Shown: piece after piece, positions 7,600 through 17,112 of the stretch | Layout: each line of letters starts with the position of its first letter | Position numbering within the stretch: the stretch's first letter is position 1 | The notes under the pieces: generated by a model | Told to the model about the DNA's origin: nothing | What the model saw: the letters and a program-made list of their open reading frames with translations, nothing else | The model's database searches: none | Translations under genes and position numbers: made by a program | Assembly: GCA_028703835.1 (NCBI GenBank) | Contig: JAQVMB010000003.1 | Coordinates: 5,493 to 69,492 of the forward strand | DNA: 64,000 nt | Reading direction: 5' to 3' | From: Candidatus Peribacteraceae bacterium | GTDB lineage: Bacteria > Patescibacteriota > Gracilibacteria > Peribacterales > Peribacteraceae

Positions 7600-7839
7600 T
7601 CAATTGGCGCTCGGATGTCGTTCCGGGTGCAGCGTCGGTTCTTCGAGGGCAAGCAGCTGTTCCACGAACGCGCGGACATTCGGATCCGCACGCATGGATT
7701 CATCCACCCGTTTGGCTGCTTCCAGTTCCCGGAGGGTCCCGTCGCGCGTCAGGCGCACGTGCAAGTAATCGGCGACGTCATCCGGATGCACGTCCGGCGG
7801 GCCGGGAGGGAGAGGTGCGGTCATCGGGACAGTATACAT
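7600..7839 (-). CDS. small hypothetical protein
   Basis: 79-aa ORF with an ATG start: ...DVADYLHVRLTRDGTLRELEAAKRVDESMRADPNVRAFVEQLLALEE. Overlaps the next ORF in another frame, so a frameshift is possible. Confidence 0.3.
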   Translation of the reverse strand: MYTVPMTAPLPPGPPDVHPDDVADYLHVRLTRDGTLRELEAAKRVDESMRADPNVRAFVEQLLALEEPTLHPERHPSAN

Positions 7840-7872
7840 GAAATCCGCTTCCGTGTCAGTGCTTTTCGCCTT

Positions 7873-8136
7873 TCACGGGCACCGGAAAGCGCACGCGAAG
7901 CATCCCGCCACGCTCATGCCATCTACGCACTCCTTTTCATCCCGGGATGCCTTGGCGGTGAGGTTGGCACAGTTCTGCAATCCACCTTCTTTCAGTCGAA
8001 CCTGCTCGCACACTTCGGCCGGATCGCGCGTGTCGGCCACGAAGTCTCCCTGCGGGACGGAGCGGAGCACGATACGTGAGGAGGAGCAGGCGGTGAGGAG
8101 CGAGACGGAGGCGAGGGCGAGGAGGAAAAACTTCAT
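7873..8136 (-). CDS. small Cys-rich lipoprotein
   Basis: Internal ATG of ORF 7873..8241 gives MKFFLLALASVSLLTAC-SSS, containing a lipobox. The mature part has 6 Cys. Confidence 0.6.
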   Translation of the reverse strand: MKFFLLALASVSLLTACSSSRIVLRSVPQGDFVADTRDPAEVCEQVRLKEGGLQNCANLTAKASRDEKECVDGMSVAGCFACAFRCP

Positions 8137-8239
8137 GGGCGCAAGTGTACGCCTGACATTTTCGCATGACGAAGGACTATATGATAGGTGTCGTTGGTCG
8201 CTGCTTGCGTGACGCTTCCTACAGGGACAAAATGAAGAC

Positions 8240-8650
8240 ATGAATGAGAAGCGTTGTGTTCTGGTTGTGGAAGATGATGACGAGTTTCAGGAAATCCTGG
8301 TGGAAGGTCTTGGCAAGCGATTGCACGAAATGAGAATAGTGGTTGCTGCTACAGTTGAAGACGCCGTTGATGCGTTTCAGTCACAACCGAACTGCGCGGT
8401 GGTTCTTGACTACGACAACGGCGTGACAGGAAATCTTAACTACCTGCCCTTCTATCTGTGGCTGGAGCAGACGGCGCCGGATTTCGCTCGCGACCGCGTC
8501 ATCCTCCATACGGTACGATATCGCGATGAGATGCGGGAGATCTTTGAAGCGGCGCACACGAAATTCTTTCCCGCCTATGCCCATAAAGGAAAGATCGATC
8601 AACTCGCGACGTTCATCCAATCGTTGCCGCCGTTGTCGGAGAAGGAATAG
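8240..8650 (+). CDS. stand-alone receiver (REC) domain protein
   Basis: VLVVEDDDEFQEIL...AVVLDYDN...ILHTV...AHKGK gives the acidic pocket, phospho-acceptor Asp, and Thr and Lys at the expected spacing. GC is visibly lower than in neighbouring genes. Confidence 0.7.
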   Translation: MNEKRCVLVVEDDDEFQEILVEGLGKRLHEMRIVVAATVEDAVDAFQSQPNCAVVLDYDNGVTGNLNYLPFYLWLEQTAPDFARDRVILHTVRYRDEMREIFEAAHTKFFPAYAHKGKIDQLATFIQSLPPLSEKE

Positions 8651-8800
8651 TGATAGAACACAGGGTCAGTCTTCGAGGCTCCTTGCTCCGCAAGGAGAAC
8701 CTCAGGCTGACACGACACTTTGACTGAGCGCTATTGAAAGATAGTCGCGAAGGCAGGCTGTGCCTGCCTGGAGCGACACCTTGAAGGGAAGGGTTTATCA

Positions 8801-8830
8801 AAAAGGGGAACCGTCAAGGTTCCCCTTTTT
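8801..8830. terminator. bidirectional intrinsic terminator
   Basis: aaaa-ggggaacc-gtcaa-ggttcccc-ttttt lies between the convergent REC gene and groEL. Confidence 0.6.
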
Positions 8831-8837
8831 GCATTTC

Positions 8838-10481
8838 TCAGAAATCCATCCCTCCCATCCCGCCCATTCCTCCATCCCCGCCGGGCATCGCCGGAGCCTT
8901 TTCCTTCTCGGGGATATCGGTGACGGCGACTTCGAGGGTGAGGAACATCGCGGCGACGGAGGCCGCGTTTTCCAGCGCGGAGCGCGTCACCTTCTTCGGG
9001 TCGATGACCATGGCCTTCACGAGGTCCTCGTATTTGTGGGTCATGGCGTTGTAGCCCATGTTGCCCTTCTCGTGGCGGACCTTCTCGACGATCACCTTGC
9101 CCTCCACGCCCGCGTTGTTCGCGATGTGCATGCAGGGGGCGGTGAGCGCGCCCTTCACGATCTCGACGCCGATCTGCTCGTCTTCGTTGGCGCCCTTCAC
9201 CTTGTTCAGGGATTCGATGGCGCGGATGTACGCCGTGCCTCCGCCGGGGACGATGCCTTCTTCCGCGGCGGCGCGAGTGGCGGACAGGGCGTCCTCCACG
9301 CGGTGCTGCTTCTCCTTCTGCTCGATCTCCGTGGCCGCGCCGACCTTGATGACGGCGACGCCGCCGGAGAGCTTGGCCAGGCGTTCCTGGAGCTTCTCGC
9401 GGTCGAAGTCGGACTTCGTCGTCTCGATGAGCGCCTTGATCTCCTTCACGCGCGCTTCGATCTCCTTCTTATTGCCGCCGCCGTCGATGACGGTCGTGTC
9501 ATCCTTGGTGGCGATCACGCGGCGTGCGGTGCCGAGGTCGTCGAGCGTCGCGTTCTCCAGCTTCAGGCCCACCTCTTCCGAGATGACGCGTCCGCCCGTG
9601 AGGATGGCGATGTCCTTCAGCATGTCCTTGCGGCGGTCGCCGAAGGCAGGGGCCTTCACGGCGAGCGTCTGGAACGTGCCGCGCAACTTGTTCACCACGA
9701 GCGTGGCGAGCGCCTCGCCCTCCACGTTCTCGGAGATGATGACCAGTTCCTTGCGGCCGCGCTGCGCGAGCGCCTCGAGGAGCGGGAGGATCTCCTGGAT
9801 GGAGGAGATCTTCTTGTCCGTAATGAGGATGTAGGGCTTCTCGAAGACCGCCTTCATCCCGGCGGGATCCGTGACGAAGTAGGCGGAGATGTAGCCTTGG
9901 TCGAACTGCATGCCTTCCACGAATTCCTTCTCCAGGCCCAGCGTCTGGCCGGCTTCGACCGTGACGACGCCGTCCTTGCCCACCTGGTCGATGACGTCGG
10001 CGATCATGCCGCCGATCTCCGGGTCCTGCGCCGAGATCGTGGCGACGGCTGCGTACTCTTCTTTCTTGGAGACGTTCTTTTTGATGGTTTCGAGGAACGC
10101 ATCCACCGCATCCACGGCCTTCATGATCCCGTTCTTGATGGAGATGGCGTTCTTGCCGGAGCCGAGGTGTTTCAGGCCTTCCTGCATGATGGCGTGGGCC
10201 AGGACCGTGGCGGTCGTGGTGCCGTCGCCCGCGGCGTCATTCGTCTTCGTGGCGGCTTCCTTCACGAGCTGGGCGCCCATGTTCTCGAAAGCATCCGGCA
10301 GCTCGATTTCTTTCGCGACGGAGACGCCGTCTTTCGTGACGGTCGGCCCGCCGTACTTCTTCTCGATGCAAACGTTGCGGCCCATGGGGCCCATCGTGGC
10401 GGAGACGGCTTGGGCGAGCTTCGCGACGCCCTTGAGGAGCCGCTCGCGCGCTTCGTTGCTGAAGATCAATTGCTTTGCCAT
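8838..10481 (-). CDS. groL: chaperonin GroEL
   Basis: 547 aa. [19 protein letters not shown]...[12 protein letters not shown]...[12 protein letters not shown]-terminus. Confidence 0.97.
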   Translation of the reverse strand: MAKQLIFSNEARERLLKGVAKLAQAVSATMGPMGRNVCIEKKYGGPTVTKDGVSVAKEIELPDAFENMGAQLVKEAATKTNDAAGDGTTTATVLAHAIMQEGLKHLGSGKNAISIKNGIMKAVDAVDAFLETIKKNVSKKEEYAAVATISAQDPEIGGMIADVIDQVGKDGVVTVEAGQTLGLEKEFVEGMQFDQGYISAYFVTDPAGMKAVFEKPYILITDKKISSIQEILPLLEALAQRGRKELVIISENVEGEALATLVVNKLRGTFQTLAVKAPAFGDRRKDMLKDIAILTGGRVISEEVGLKLENATLDDLGTARRVIATKDDTTVIDGGGNKKEIEARVKEIKALIETTKSDFDREKLQERLAKLSGGVAVIKVGAATEIEQKEKQHRVEDALSATRAAAEEGIVPGGGTAYIRAIESLNKVKGANEDEQIGVEIVKGALTAPCMHIANNAGVEGKVIVEKVRHEKGNMGYNAMTHKYEDLVKAMVIDPKKVTRSALENAASVAAMFLTLEVAVTDIPEKEKAPAMPGGDGGMGGMGGMDF

Positions 10482-10536
10482 GGTTCTGGATGGGGAAAGA
10501 AATGGTGAAGCGGCGGCCGTTCCCGGCCGCCGGATA

Positions 10537-10878
10537 TTAACGGACGATGCCGAGGATCGAATCGATGTGGAGAACCTTCACTTCCACATCCTTGCCGTCG
10601 GCGCCTTTCAGTTTCACATCATCGCCGGCGTACTTGCCGAAGAGGACGCGGTCGCCGACCTTGAGGAACTTGGTCGGATCGACGGTGTCCTTGCCGATGC
10701 CGCCCTTGCCGAGCGCCAGCACGACGCCTTCCTGCGGCTTCTCGCCGGAGGCGGTCTCCGGGATGACGATGCCGGAGGCGGTTGTGGTTTCCTTCTCCAG
10801 GGGATGGACGACGACGCGGTCGCCGATGGGCTCGATGGAGACGGCGAGCTTGGGAATATCCTTTTTTCCTGCGGACAT
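10537..10878 (-). CDS. groS: co-chaperonin GroES
   Basis: Internal ATG of ORF 10537..10977 gives [57 protein letters not shown]... Lies directly upstream of groEL. Confidence 0.9.
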   Translation of the reverse strand: MSAGKKDIPKLAVSIEPIGDRVVVHPLEKETTTASGIVIPETASGEKPQEGVVLALGKGGIGKDTVDPTKFLKVGDRVLFGKYAGDDVKLKGADGKDVEVKVLHIDSILGIVR

Positions 10879-10947
10879 AGAAAGTGGGGGAAAAGGGAGG
10901 GAAGTAACGGGAGGATTGCGCCTCGGAGGGATGTCGTTTTCCCTTCG

Positions 10948-10974
10948 TTGGCAGTCGTAATTTAGGAGTGCCAG
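10948..10974. promoter_or_regulatory. CIRCE-like inverted repeat upstream of groES
   Basis: TTGGCAGTC-N9-GAGTGCCAG compared with the CIRCE consensus TTAGCACTC-N9-GAGTGCTAA, 7/9 matches in each arm. Lies 70 nt upstream of the groES ATG. Confidence 0.4.
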
Positions 10975-11124
10975 CACTTGCAGTCAAGAGGTGCCAACAG
11001 CGGATCGTCAGAAGTTCGTGAAGTGATGGACGTACCTGGGAATCGATGCAAATATGAATTTTCTGCACGACGTACGTGCAGGGAATCGCTTCTTTCCCAT
11101 CGTCGGCACTCGGAGAAGAATGAC

Positions 11125-11499
11125 ATGATGGATCAGGAGTTTTTGCAGTTTGCCGCTTCGCTCGCGCTCGCGAGCAACCAACAGGATTCGGACATGCGGC
11201 TCGGCATCGAGGAGAGGAATCTCATTCTCAACTCTCTGCCCGGCATCCTCTGCGATGATGACCCGCAGCGGCGCAAGATGCTGGAAACCGCCGTGCTCAC
11301 GGGACGCAACGATCGGTCCGAAGCGTTCCTGGCTGCGGCTTCGGTGACGCGTTTCATGCGAAAAGGTTTGTACGGCGCGACCGATGAAGAGCTCCTGCAG
11401 TTCCTCCTGCATCCGGAACAGTGGACGCAGGTGCTGGAAGCCATTGTTTCCGCCGATCACCGCTGCCTGGTGCATGCCGATTGGCCGATTCGCCGGTGA
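11125..11499 (+). CDS. hypothetical protein
   Basis: Internal ATG of ORF 10978..11499 gives MMDQEFLQFAASLALASNQQDSDMRLGIEERNLILNSLPG... No family recognised. Confidence 0.45.
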   Translation: MMDQEFLQFAASLALASNQQDSDMRLGIEERNLILNSLPGILCDDDPQRRKMLETAVLTGRNDRSEAFLAAASVTRFMRKGLYGATDEELLQFLLHPEQWTQVLEAIVSADHRCLVHADWPIRR

Positions 11500-11627
11500 C
11501 AGACGTGCGGAAAGAAGCTCGAACCGTTCCGCAGTCGCGGAGCGGTTTTTTCGAAAGAATCACGGACCGCCGTCGTCCCATATACCGGAGGGAAGCCGGC
11601 GGGGTTTTACACTGTTCCCACGCGCAT

Positions 11628-12377
11628 ATGAAGAAACGGCAGCTCATCATCGGCGGCCTGACGGGGATCGTCCTGACGGGAACGGCGGGCCTCGCGGCGG
11701 TATCGCCCGCCTTTGCGGAACAGGTGATCGTCACCGTTCGCGACGGCATCGTGTCGGTGTCGGGCGATGAGGACATGCAGGTCACGCGTTCGCCCGACGG
11801 GTCGTCGGTGCGGGTGCAATCCCGCTACGGCGGCTCCACGCACATTTCCGTCTCGACGGAAGACGCGGGAAATTCCCGCATCGATGATTCCCGTCCGTCG
11901 GGATTGCTGGGTTCCGATATCCTTCCGACGGTGGACGATGCGATCCAGGATGGCTTGCAGGACGGTTCCGACGACCTGAGGCGGTTGGATTTGCCCTTGC
12001 CCGGCGGATTCGATTCCGCGTATGTGCCGCAAGGCATTGTCGCAGGAGAAGAGCAAGTGATCGTCGGGGAACCGTCGGCGCCGGTGTACTACATCGACGA
12101 GGACGGCGTCCGCACCGTGGACGTGTTGTCCGCGCAGCAGGCGTTGGAACGCAGCGGCGGCGAAAGCATTTACATCGGTGAGACGTCGGCGGGACGTTCC
12201 GACGGAACGAGTGTCGGGAACAACAGCCTGCTGACGGATTTGGGATTGGACATGACGTGCGGGGACGGCCTTGACGTTCTTCCCGATGAATTGCCGGGAA
12301 ACGGTGCGCGCTCCGCATGCATCCTCAAATCCCCGTTTACAGGAGGATTCGGTGAAGAATGGCTGAATGCGTGGTAA
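11628..12377 (+). CDS. hypothetical secreted protein (C-terminal Cys-Cys/SPF/LNAW motif)
   Basis: Internal ATG of ORF 11421..12377 gives signal peptide MKKRQLIIGGLTGIVLTGTAGLAAVSPAFA. The C-terminus is homologous to that of the next gene. Confidence 0.6.
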   Translation: MKKRQLIIGGLTGIVLTGTAGLAAVSPAFAEQVIVTVRDGIVSVSGDEDMQVTRSPDGSSVRVQSRYGGSTHISVSTEDAGNSRIDDSRPSGLLGSDILPTVDDAIQDGLQDGSDDLRRLDLPLPGGFDSAYVPQGIVAGEEQVIVGEPSAPVYYIDEDGVRTVDVLSAQQALERSGGESIYIGETSAGRSDGTSVGNNSLLTDLGLDMTCGDGLDVLPDELPGNGARSACILKSPFTGGFGEEWLNAW

Positions 12378-12423
12378 ATGCAGAACTTGATAAAGTTAGG
12401 AAAGTATGTAGGATATACTTTCC

Positions 12424-13353
12424 ATGGGCGGTCGGAGCATCATCATCGGCGGCGTGTGCACACTCCTGCTGGTGGCGTGCGGAGGAGGCGCTTCGCGGCA
12501 GGCGGAACCGCTCGTGCGCAACCGGCTTCCGCAGGAGGAGGGGATTGTCCGTTCGGAGCCCGTGGCCGGAGAACATGTTTCTTCCGCGTCCGGTCGCCGG
12601 TCGTCTTCCCAAAGGGAGCCCGGTGGTTTACGCAACAGGATTATCGAGGGGGGTGCATTCGGGAGCGGTGACGGTTCGTTTGCTTTCAATGACAGGGTAA
12701 CCCGCGGGCTCGGGGCATCGGGGAAGGGCACGAGTGCAGACTGGAGGACATGGCCTCTTGCGCGGTGGATTGTTTTTGCGGGGAACGGGACTGATCCGGG
12801 CGTGGCGGGATGGGGCGGCTTGTCGGGAAAGCCCGGTGCCATGCCATTGGGCGCATCGCAGCCGGCGCGGCAGGACGGCGCAAACGGGGGCGGGCCGGGG
12901 ACATCGGGTGGCGCAGGGAAAAATGGGAGATCCATCGTTGATCCTTCATCGCAGGGCGGGGATAGCGGCACGTCGGGCGGTGGGGCAGCCGGGGAAACGG
13001 GTACCGGCTCCGGTCTCGCATGGCCGGGCGGCCGATTGTCCGGGTTGAACGGCGGCATCAGGAGTGTGTCTTTCGGCAACCGCGCGCGGACCGGGGAGTA
13101 CGCATCCTACTTCCGTGAGAAGTACGGCATGTTGCCGCGCCTGCAAGCGCAACTCAATACGGGCTCTGCGCTGCGGGCCGGAGACGGCGATGCGTGGCGG
13201 TGGGGGGACAGCCTCTCCGTCCTGGACAGTACTTCCTGCGGAGGCGCCGGTTATCTCATCCCGGGGCTCCCCGGCGGCAACGATCCTCTGTCGTTCTGCA
13301 TCGCGCGGTCGCCGTTCGAGTCGCAAATCAGGTCCACGCTGAACGGCTGGTAG
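12424..13353 (+). CDS. hypothetical Gly-rich lipoprotein (C-terminal Cys-Cys/SPF/LNGW motif)
   Basis: MGGRSIIIGGVCTLLLVAC-GGG contains a lipobox. The C-terminus CGGAGYLIPGLPGGNDPLSFCIARSPFESQIRSTLNGW parallels that of the previous gene. Confidence 0.6.
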   Translation: MGGRSIIIGGVCTLLLVACGGGASRQAEPLVRNRLPQEEGIVRSEPVAGEHVSSASGRRSSSQREPGGLRNRIIEGGAFGSGDGSFAFNDRVTRGLGASGKGTSADWRTWPLARWIVFAGNGTDPGVAGWGGLSGKPGAMPLGASQPARQDGANGGGPGTSGGAGKNGRSIVDPSSQGGDSGTSGGGAAGETGTGSGLAWPGGRLSGLNGGIRSVSFGNRARTGEYASYFREKYGMLPRLQAQLNTGSALRAGDGDAWRWGDSLSVLDSTSCGGAGYLIPGLPGGNDPLSFCIARSPFESQIRSTLNGW

Positions 13354-13362
13354 GACGGATGT

Positions 13363-14697
13363 TCACCCGTCGGTCGCAAGCAGATCCCTTCTCCGCCGGA
13401 AGCCGAGAGCTTTGAGGCCGCGCTGCACGGGCGGAAACGCATGGAACGCATGGCGGATCCGATCGTCGTGCAAGTGATTGTCCAGGGCGAGCAGTGCGGC
13501 GCCGACATCGATCCCGACGACATCGCCGCTGACCCATGTTCCGTTTTCCAGGTTGATGTTGCCGTACCCGTAACGACCGCGTGCATTCGGTATGTCGTCC
13601 GCAAGAAGCAGGTTTCGCAGTACGGCGGCCTGGTCGTGCGCGATGGAAGCGACGGACGACATCACGTGCGCGGTGCCGTCGCAGGACCGTGGCGTGTAGA
13701 TGCGATAAGCGCTGTCCGGCCCGGACGGACCGTCCCCGGCCGAGAGCCCCCACAAGCCCGTCCGGAACGTGGAAAAATCTTTGCTCATCGCCTGCGACGC
13801 GAGAATGTTCGCGCGCGTGGCCAGACGCGCCTGTTCCAAGAGGTCTATCGAACCGGGATTCTTCCACTCCCGGAGATGCAGCAGATCGAATCCATACTGA
13901 TGCGCAAAGAGGCCAAGGTCCGCGCTTGCGAACTTCACGCCGGCTACTTCTCCGTCGAATGTGCCGAGCTGTTTCCAGGAAGAAAGGTCCAGACGCTTAT
14001 TTCCCTCTGCGCCGGCAGCGAGCACGTACATGAACGCAGTCTCGTTGTTGAGCCGGTCCCAGCGTCCGGGAAGCACGTCGCCGTCGCCGTTTTTCCCATG
14101 CAGGAGCATGCCCGTTTCCTTGCAGCTCCAGTACCGCCAATCCACCCGGTCGTGCAATGCGGCCGCCGCCTCGCGCAACGCATCGTCATGCAACAGTTCG
14201 GCGGCGCATCCGGCCCCCGCCACGAGCCACGCCGTTTCCACGGTGCTGCGGGCGTCATCGCCCCATACCGCCAATTGCTTTCCTTTCACGTAGTGGGGGA
14301 GGACGCCGTGGTCTTGCGGCAATTTGCCTCTCGCCGTATCGCATGTTTGCCCGCACCGTTCCGACGCTTCCGATGGCGTCAACAGCCGGTGCGGTTTCTG
14401 CGCGGCCACGGCGAGCGCGATCAGTCCCATCCCGGTTGCGCTGAGGCTGCAGGGCACGGCATCGAGATCGTAGCGTTCGCCGCGGTTGCGCTGGCGGTCT
14501 GCGAAGAGGCCTTCTTCCGTCCGGTTCTCCAGGAAGTAGAGGAGACAATCACGTTCGATCCGGTCGAGATCCGCGGCGCTTTCCCGGCCTTCCGCCGCGG
14601 CGGGAAAGCCGAACATGCCGACGGCGCCGCCCAACGTGCCGCGAAGGAAGTCCCTGCGGGGAAGCCTCTCCGGGGGAGGGGAGCGCTCCATTTCCAT
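13363..14697 (-). CDS. Tat-signal (alpha/alpha)6 glycoside-hydrolase-like protein (GH144/DUF3131-like)
   Basis: ORF 13363..14727, read from the ATG at 14697. Contains twin-arginine motif RRDFLRG. The C-terminal GRYGYGNINLENGTWVSGDVVGIDVGAALLALDN resembles the putative glucoamylase / beta-1,2-glucanase family (from memory). Confidence 0.5.
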   Translation of the reverse strand: MEMERSPPPERLPRRDFLRGTLGGAVGMFGFPAAAEGRESAADLDRIERDCLLYFLENRTEEGLFADRQRNRGERYDLDAVPCSLSATGMGLIALAVAAQKPHRLLTPSEASERCGQTCDTARGKLPQDHGVLPHYVKGKQLAVWGDDARSTVETAWLVAGAGCAAELLHDDALREAAAALHDRVDWRYWSCKETGMLLHGKNGDGDVLPGRWDRLNNETAFMYVLAAGAEGNKRLDLSSWKQLGTFDGEVAGVKFASADLGLFAHQYGFDLLHLREWKNPGSIDLLEQARLATRANILASQAMSKDFSTFRTGLWGLSAGDGPSGPDSAYRIYTPRSCDGTAHVMSSVASIAHDQAAVLRNLLLADDIPNARGRYGYGNINLENGTWVSGDVVGIDVGAALLALDNHLHDDRIRHAFHAFPPVQRGLKALGFRRRRDLLATDG

Positions 14698-14827
14698 CGA
14701 GACTACGTCGGTTGCCGCGAGAGTCAAATATCCGCGTCATCGGCGCGGCAAAGAAGGCTTACGGCCGTGCCGAAATGAATCGCTTCGCATCTCGTGTAAG
14801 ACGGCGATGCGCAGCGCGTCAGTGAAC

Positions 14828-15469
14828 ATGATGCATGGAATATCCGTCCACCGCCGCCCGGGAATGACGGCGTTTGCGGCCGCCGTCGTGGTGACGCTTG
14901 TCTCCGTGATCGGCCATGCGGAAGCCCGCAACGGCGCGCCGCCCGTCGCGGGGCCGTCGTCATACTTCATCCTTCCCGGAGAGGCGCTCGGATTCTGGGG
15001 CGACCACTTCCTGCCCAGAGAACGCATCGTCCTCACCGATGGCCGCGGAAGGCGCGCGACGTTCACGACGGACGGGAACGGTTCCTTCGTGTTTCCTTCC
15101 GCAGGGAAAGTGCCGTTTTCGTGGGCGGGAGCGGAGAAGACGTTCCGTTTCACCGGGGAGCGGATGAGCAGGAGCTACGCGTTCACGGTGACGGTCGGGC
15201 GGTTCTATCCGCAGATCGCGCCGTCGACCTACTACGTGCCCGTCGGATCGACATTCGTCGTGCGGGGGAGGGGATTCGCGCCGGGCGAGCCCGTGGAATT
15301 GCTCGTGGAAGGAAACCGGCAGGCCACTGCCAACGCTGACATTGGTGGTAATGTCATGTTCCGGTCCGCCACCATCCCCGTATCGTCAAACGGTGAGTGC
15401 TATCTGAGTGCACGAGGTTTGTGGAGCGGCGAGGAAAGCGCGCGGACGGTGACGGTGGCGCGGGAATAG
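14828..15469 (+). CDS. hypothetical secreted protein
   Basis: Internal ATG of ORF 14615..15469. Signal peptide ...MTAFAAAVVVTLVSVIGHAEA. Confidence 0.55.
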   Translation: MMHGISVHRRPGMTAFAAAVVVTLVSVIGHAEARNGAPPVAGPSSYFILPGEALGFWGDHFLPRERIVLTDGRGRRATFTTDGNGSFVFPSAGKVPFSWAGAEKTFRFTGERMSRSYAFTVTVGRFYPQIAPSTYYVPVGSTFVVRGRGFAPGEPVELLVEGNRQATANADIGGNVMFRSATIPVSSNGECYLSARGLWSGEESARTVTVARE

Positions 15470-15501
15470 TTTCCGGGGTTCTCTCGTCTAGCGCCCAGCG
15501 C

Positions 15502-16419
15502 ATGCGGTACAGTCATGTCATGCGCGTATGCTTCGTCCTGTGCCCGGTCTTCATGGCTGCACTCAGCCTTCCCGTCTTTGCATTTGCCTCCGGCAGCGGC
15601 TCTCTCGCCGTGACGGCCCGGCCTTCGCAGGCGCTGGTTTCCATTCCGCAGGGCGCGCAACGCGTGCGCATGCTCTCGCTTCGGCTTCAGGCATCCTGTG
15701 ACGCCGATGTCCAGGTCACTTCCCTGATGATGCGGCATGCGGGTCTCGGCGCCGTGACGGACATCCTGCGCATCTACATGCTGAACGGCGATCGTCGCAT
15801 TTCTTCCGCCGTGTCGGTGCCGGCGCGGGAGGACCGTGAGCTTCGTCTGCGCAGATTCACGGTACCTGCATGCGGTTCGGCGGAGGTGACGCTCGCAGCG
15901 GACTTCGCTTCGACGGCACAGTCCGGCGCGGAACACCGTTTCTCGCTTGCGGCCGTGAACGCAGACGCATCGGTGACGATCGGAGCGGACGGACAGGACC
16001 CGTTGTCCACGCTTCAGGTATCACCCCATACGAAGCAGGCTTCCGTGCGCGTGACGTTTCGCGATGTGCTGACGAGCCTGTATTACGGTTCCAACAGGAC
16101 CGTTGCCCGTCTGCTCCTCACGGGTATCGGCTCCGACCAACGCATCCGGTCGATCACGTTCACGAACGAAGGATCGGCGCGGGATGCGGATCTGCGCAAC
16201 CTTTTTCTGGAGACTGCGTCCGGCATTCGTCTTTCCGAAACGGTACCGCATATGGACGATCGCAGAGTGACGGTGATGCTGGATCCCGGTTTGGAACTGC
16301 GCCGCAACGAAGCGAAACTGCTGCATTTGAAAGCGGACATCCGGGCGGGACGGTCGCACACGATCGATTGGGCCATCGAAGAGCCGTCGGACATCATGGC
16401 GGAGGAGGTTAGTCGGTAA
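15502..16419 (+). CDS. hypothetical secreted protein
   Basis: Internal ATG of ORF 15397..16419. Signal peptide MRVCFVLCPVFMAALSLPVFAFA. The remainder is rich in beta-strand-like sequence. Confidence 0.55.
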   Translation: MRYSHVMRVCFVLCPVFMAALSLPVFAFASGSGSLAVTARPSQALVSIPQGAQRVRMLSLRLQASCDADVQVTSLMMRHAGLGAVTDILRIYMLNGDRRISSAVSVPAREDRELRLRRFTVPACGSAEVTLAADFASTAQSGAEHRFSLAAVNADASVTIGADGQDPLSTLQVSPHTKQASVRVTFRDVLTSLYYGSNRTVARLLLTGIGSDQRIRSITFTNEGSARDADLRNLFLETASGIRLSETVPHMDDRRVTVMLDPGLELRRNEAKLLHLKADIRAGRSHTIDWAIEEPSDIMAEEVSR

Positions 16420-16428
16420 TGCGACCTC

Positions 16429-16521
16429 GGCCCGCACGTCAAAGACGTGCTCTCGATTTGCGAAGAAGACGAATGGTCAAATGTTTCAATCACGAGAGCG
16501 GGTCTTCGACCCGCGGGCAAA
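16429..16521. repeat. REP doublet (two inverted palindromic units), left of RAYT
   Basis: ggcccgcacgtcAaagacgtgctctcg (16429-16455) and gagagcggGtcttcgaCccgcgggcaaa (16494-16521). Each unit is a hairpin, and the two are approximate reverse complements. Confidence 0.75.
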
Positions 16522-16558
16522 TACCCCAGAATTTCAATCAGGGGTATAGTAGTTCCTT

Positions 16559-16993
16559 ATGTCACAGCGGCATTTCATCCAAAACGACGAGATGATGTTG
16601 GTGACCACAATCACTTTCCGACGCCAGAAGTTCTTCTTGAATCCTGCACTGGCACGTGAAGCCATTGACCAACTCTATCGATTACAGCAGATCATTCCAT
16701 TTTTCCTGTTTGGTTTTGTCATTATGCCGAACCATTGTCATTTTCTCATTAATGTTCCGGCACCTGCGAGAATATCAAGCGTCATGCGGTCATTTAAAAT
16801 GGGATTGTCTTTTCAGACAGGCATTTCACCGCTCTGGCAACCGCGCTTCGATATTCGATGTGTGAAAAATGGTGGTGAGGCATTGCACTACATCCATTCG
16901 AATCCCGTCAAAGAACAACTTGTGAAAGACGCGAGGGATTATCCATGGTCCTCTGCAACCGGAACATGGGATGTGACACCATTAGGATTGTGA
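16559..16993 (+). CDS. REP-associated tyrosine transposase (RAYT; IS200/IS605 Y1 family)
   Basis: 144 aa. HUH motif in MPNHCHFLI and catalytic Tyr region ALHYIHSNPVKEQLV. GC is clearly lower than the surroundings. Confidence 0.8.
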   Translation: MSQRHFIQNDEMMLVTTITFRRQKFFLNPALAREAIDQLYRLQQIIPFFLFGFVIMPNHCHFLINVPAPARISSVMRSFKMGLSFQTGISPLWQPRFDIRCVKNGGEALHYIHSNPVKEQLVKDARDYPWSSATGTWDVTPLGL

Positions 16994-16995
16994 CC

Positions 16996-17102
16996 TTTTG
17001 CCCGCACGTCGAAGACGTGCTCTCGGTATAGGGGGTGCGAAGTCAGGGTGGGAAAGCGCCTCTCTACCAAAGATGAGAGCGGATCTTCGATCCGCGGGCA
17101 AA
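16996..17102. repeat. REP doublet, right of RAYT
   Basis: ttttgcccgcacgtcGaagacgtgctctcg (16996-17025) and gagagcggAtcttcgaTccgcgggcaaa (17075-17102). Near-identical to the left doublet. Confidence 0.75.
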
Positions 17103-17112
17103 CACACATTGT

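Larger units (their letters stand above)
16429..17102 (+). mobile_element. REPtron-like unit (RAYT flanked by REP doublets)
   Basis: RAYT gene bracketed on both sides by the same pair of palindromic REP units. Confidence 0.7.
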
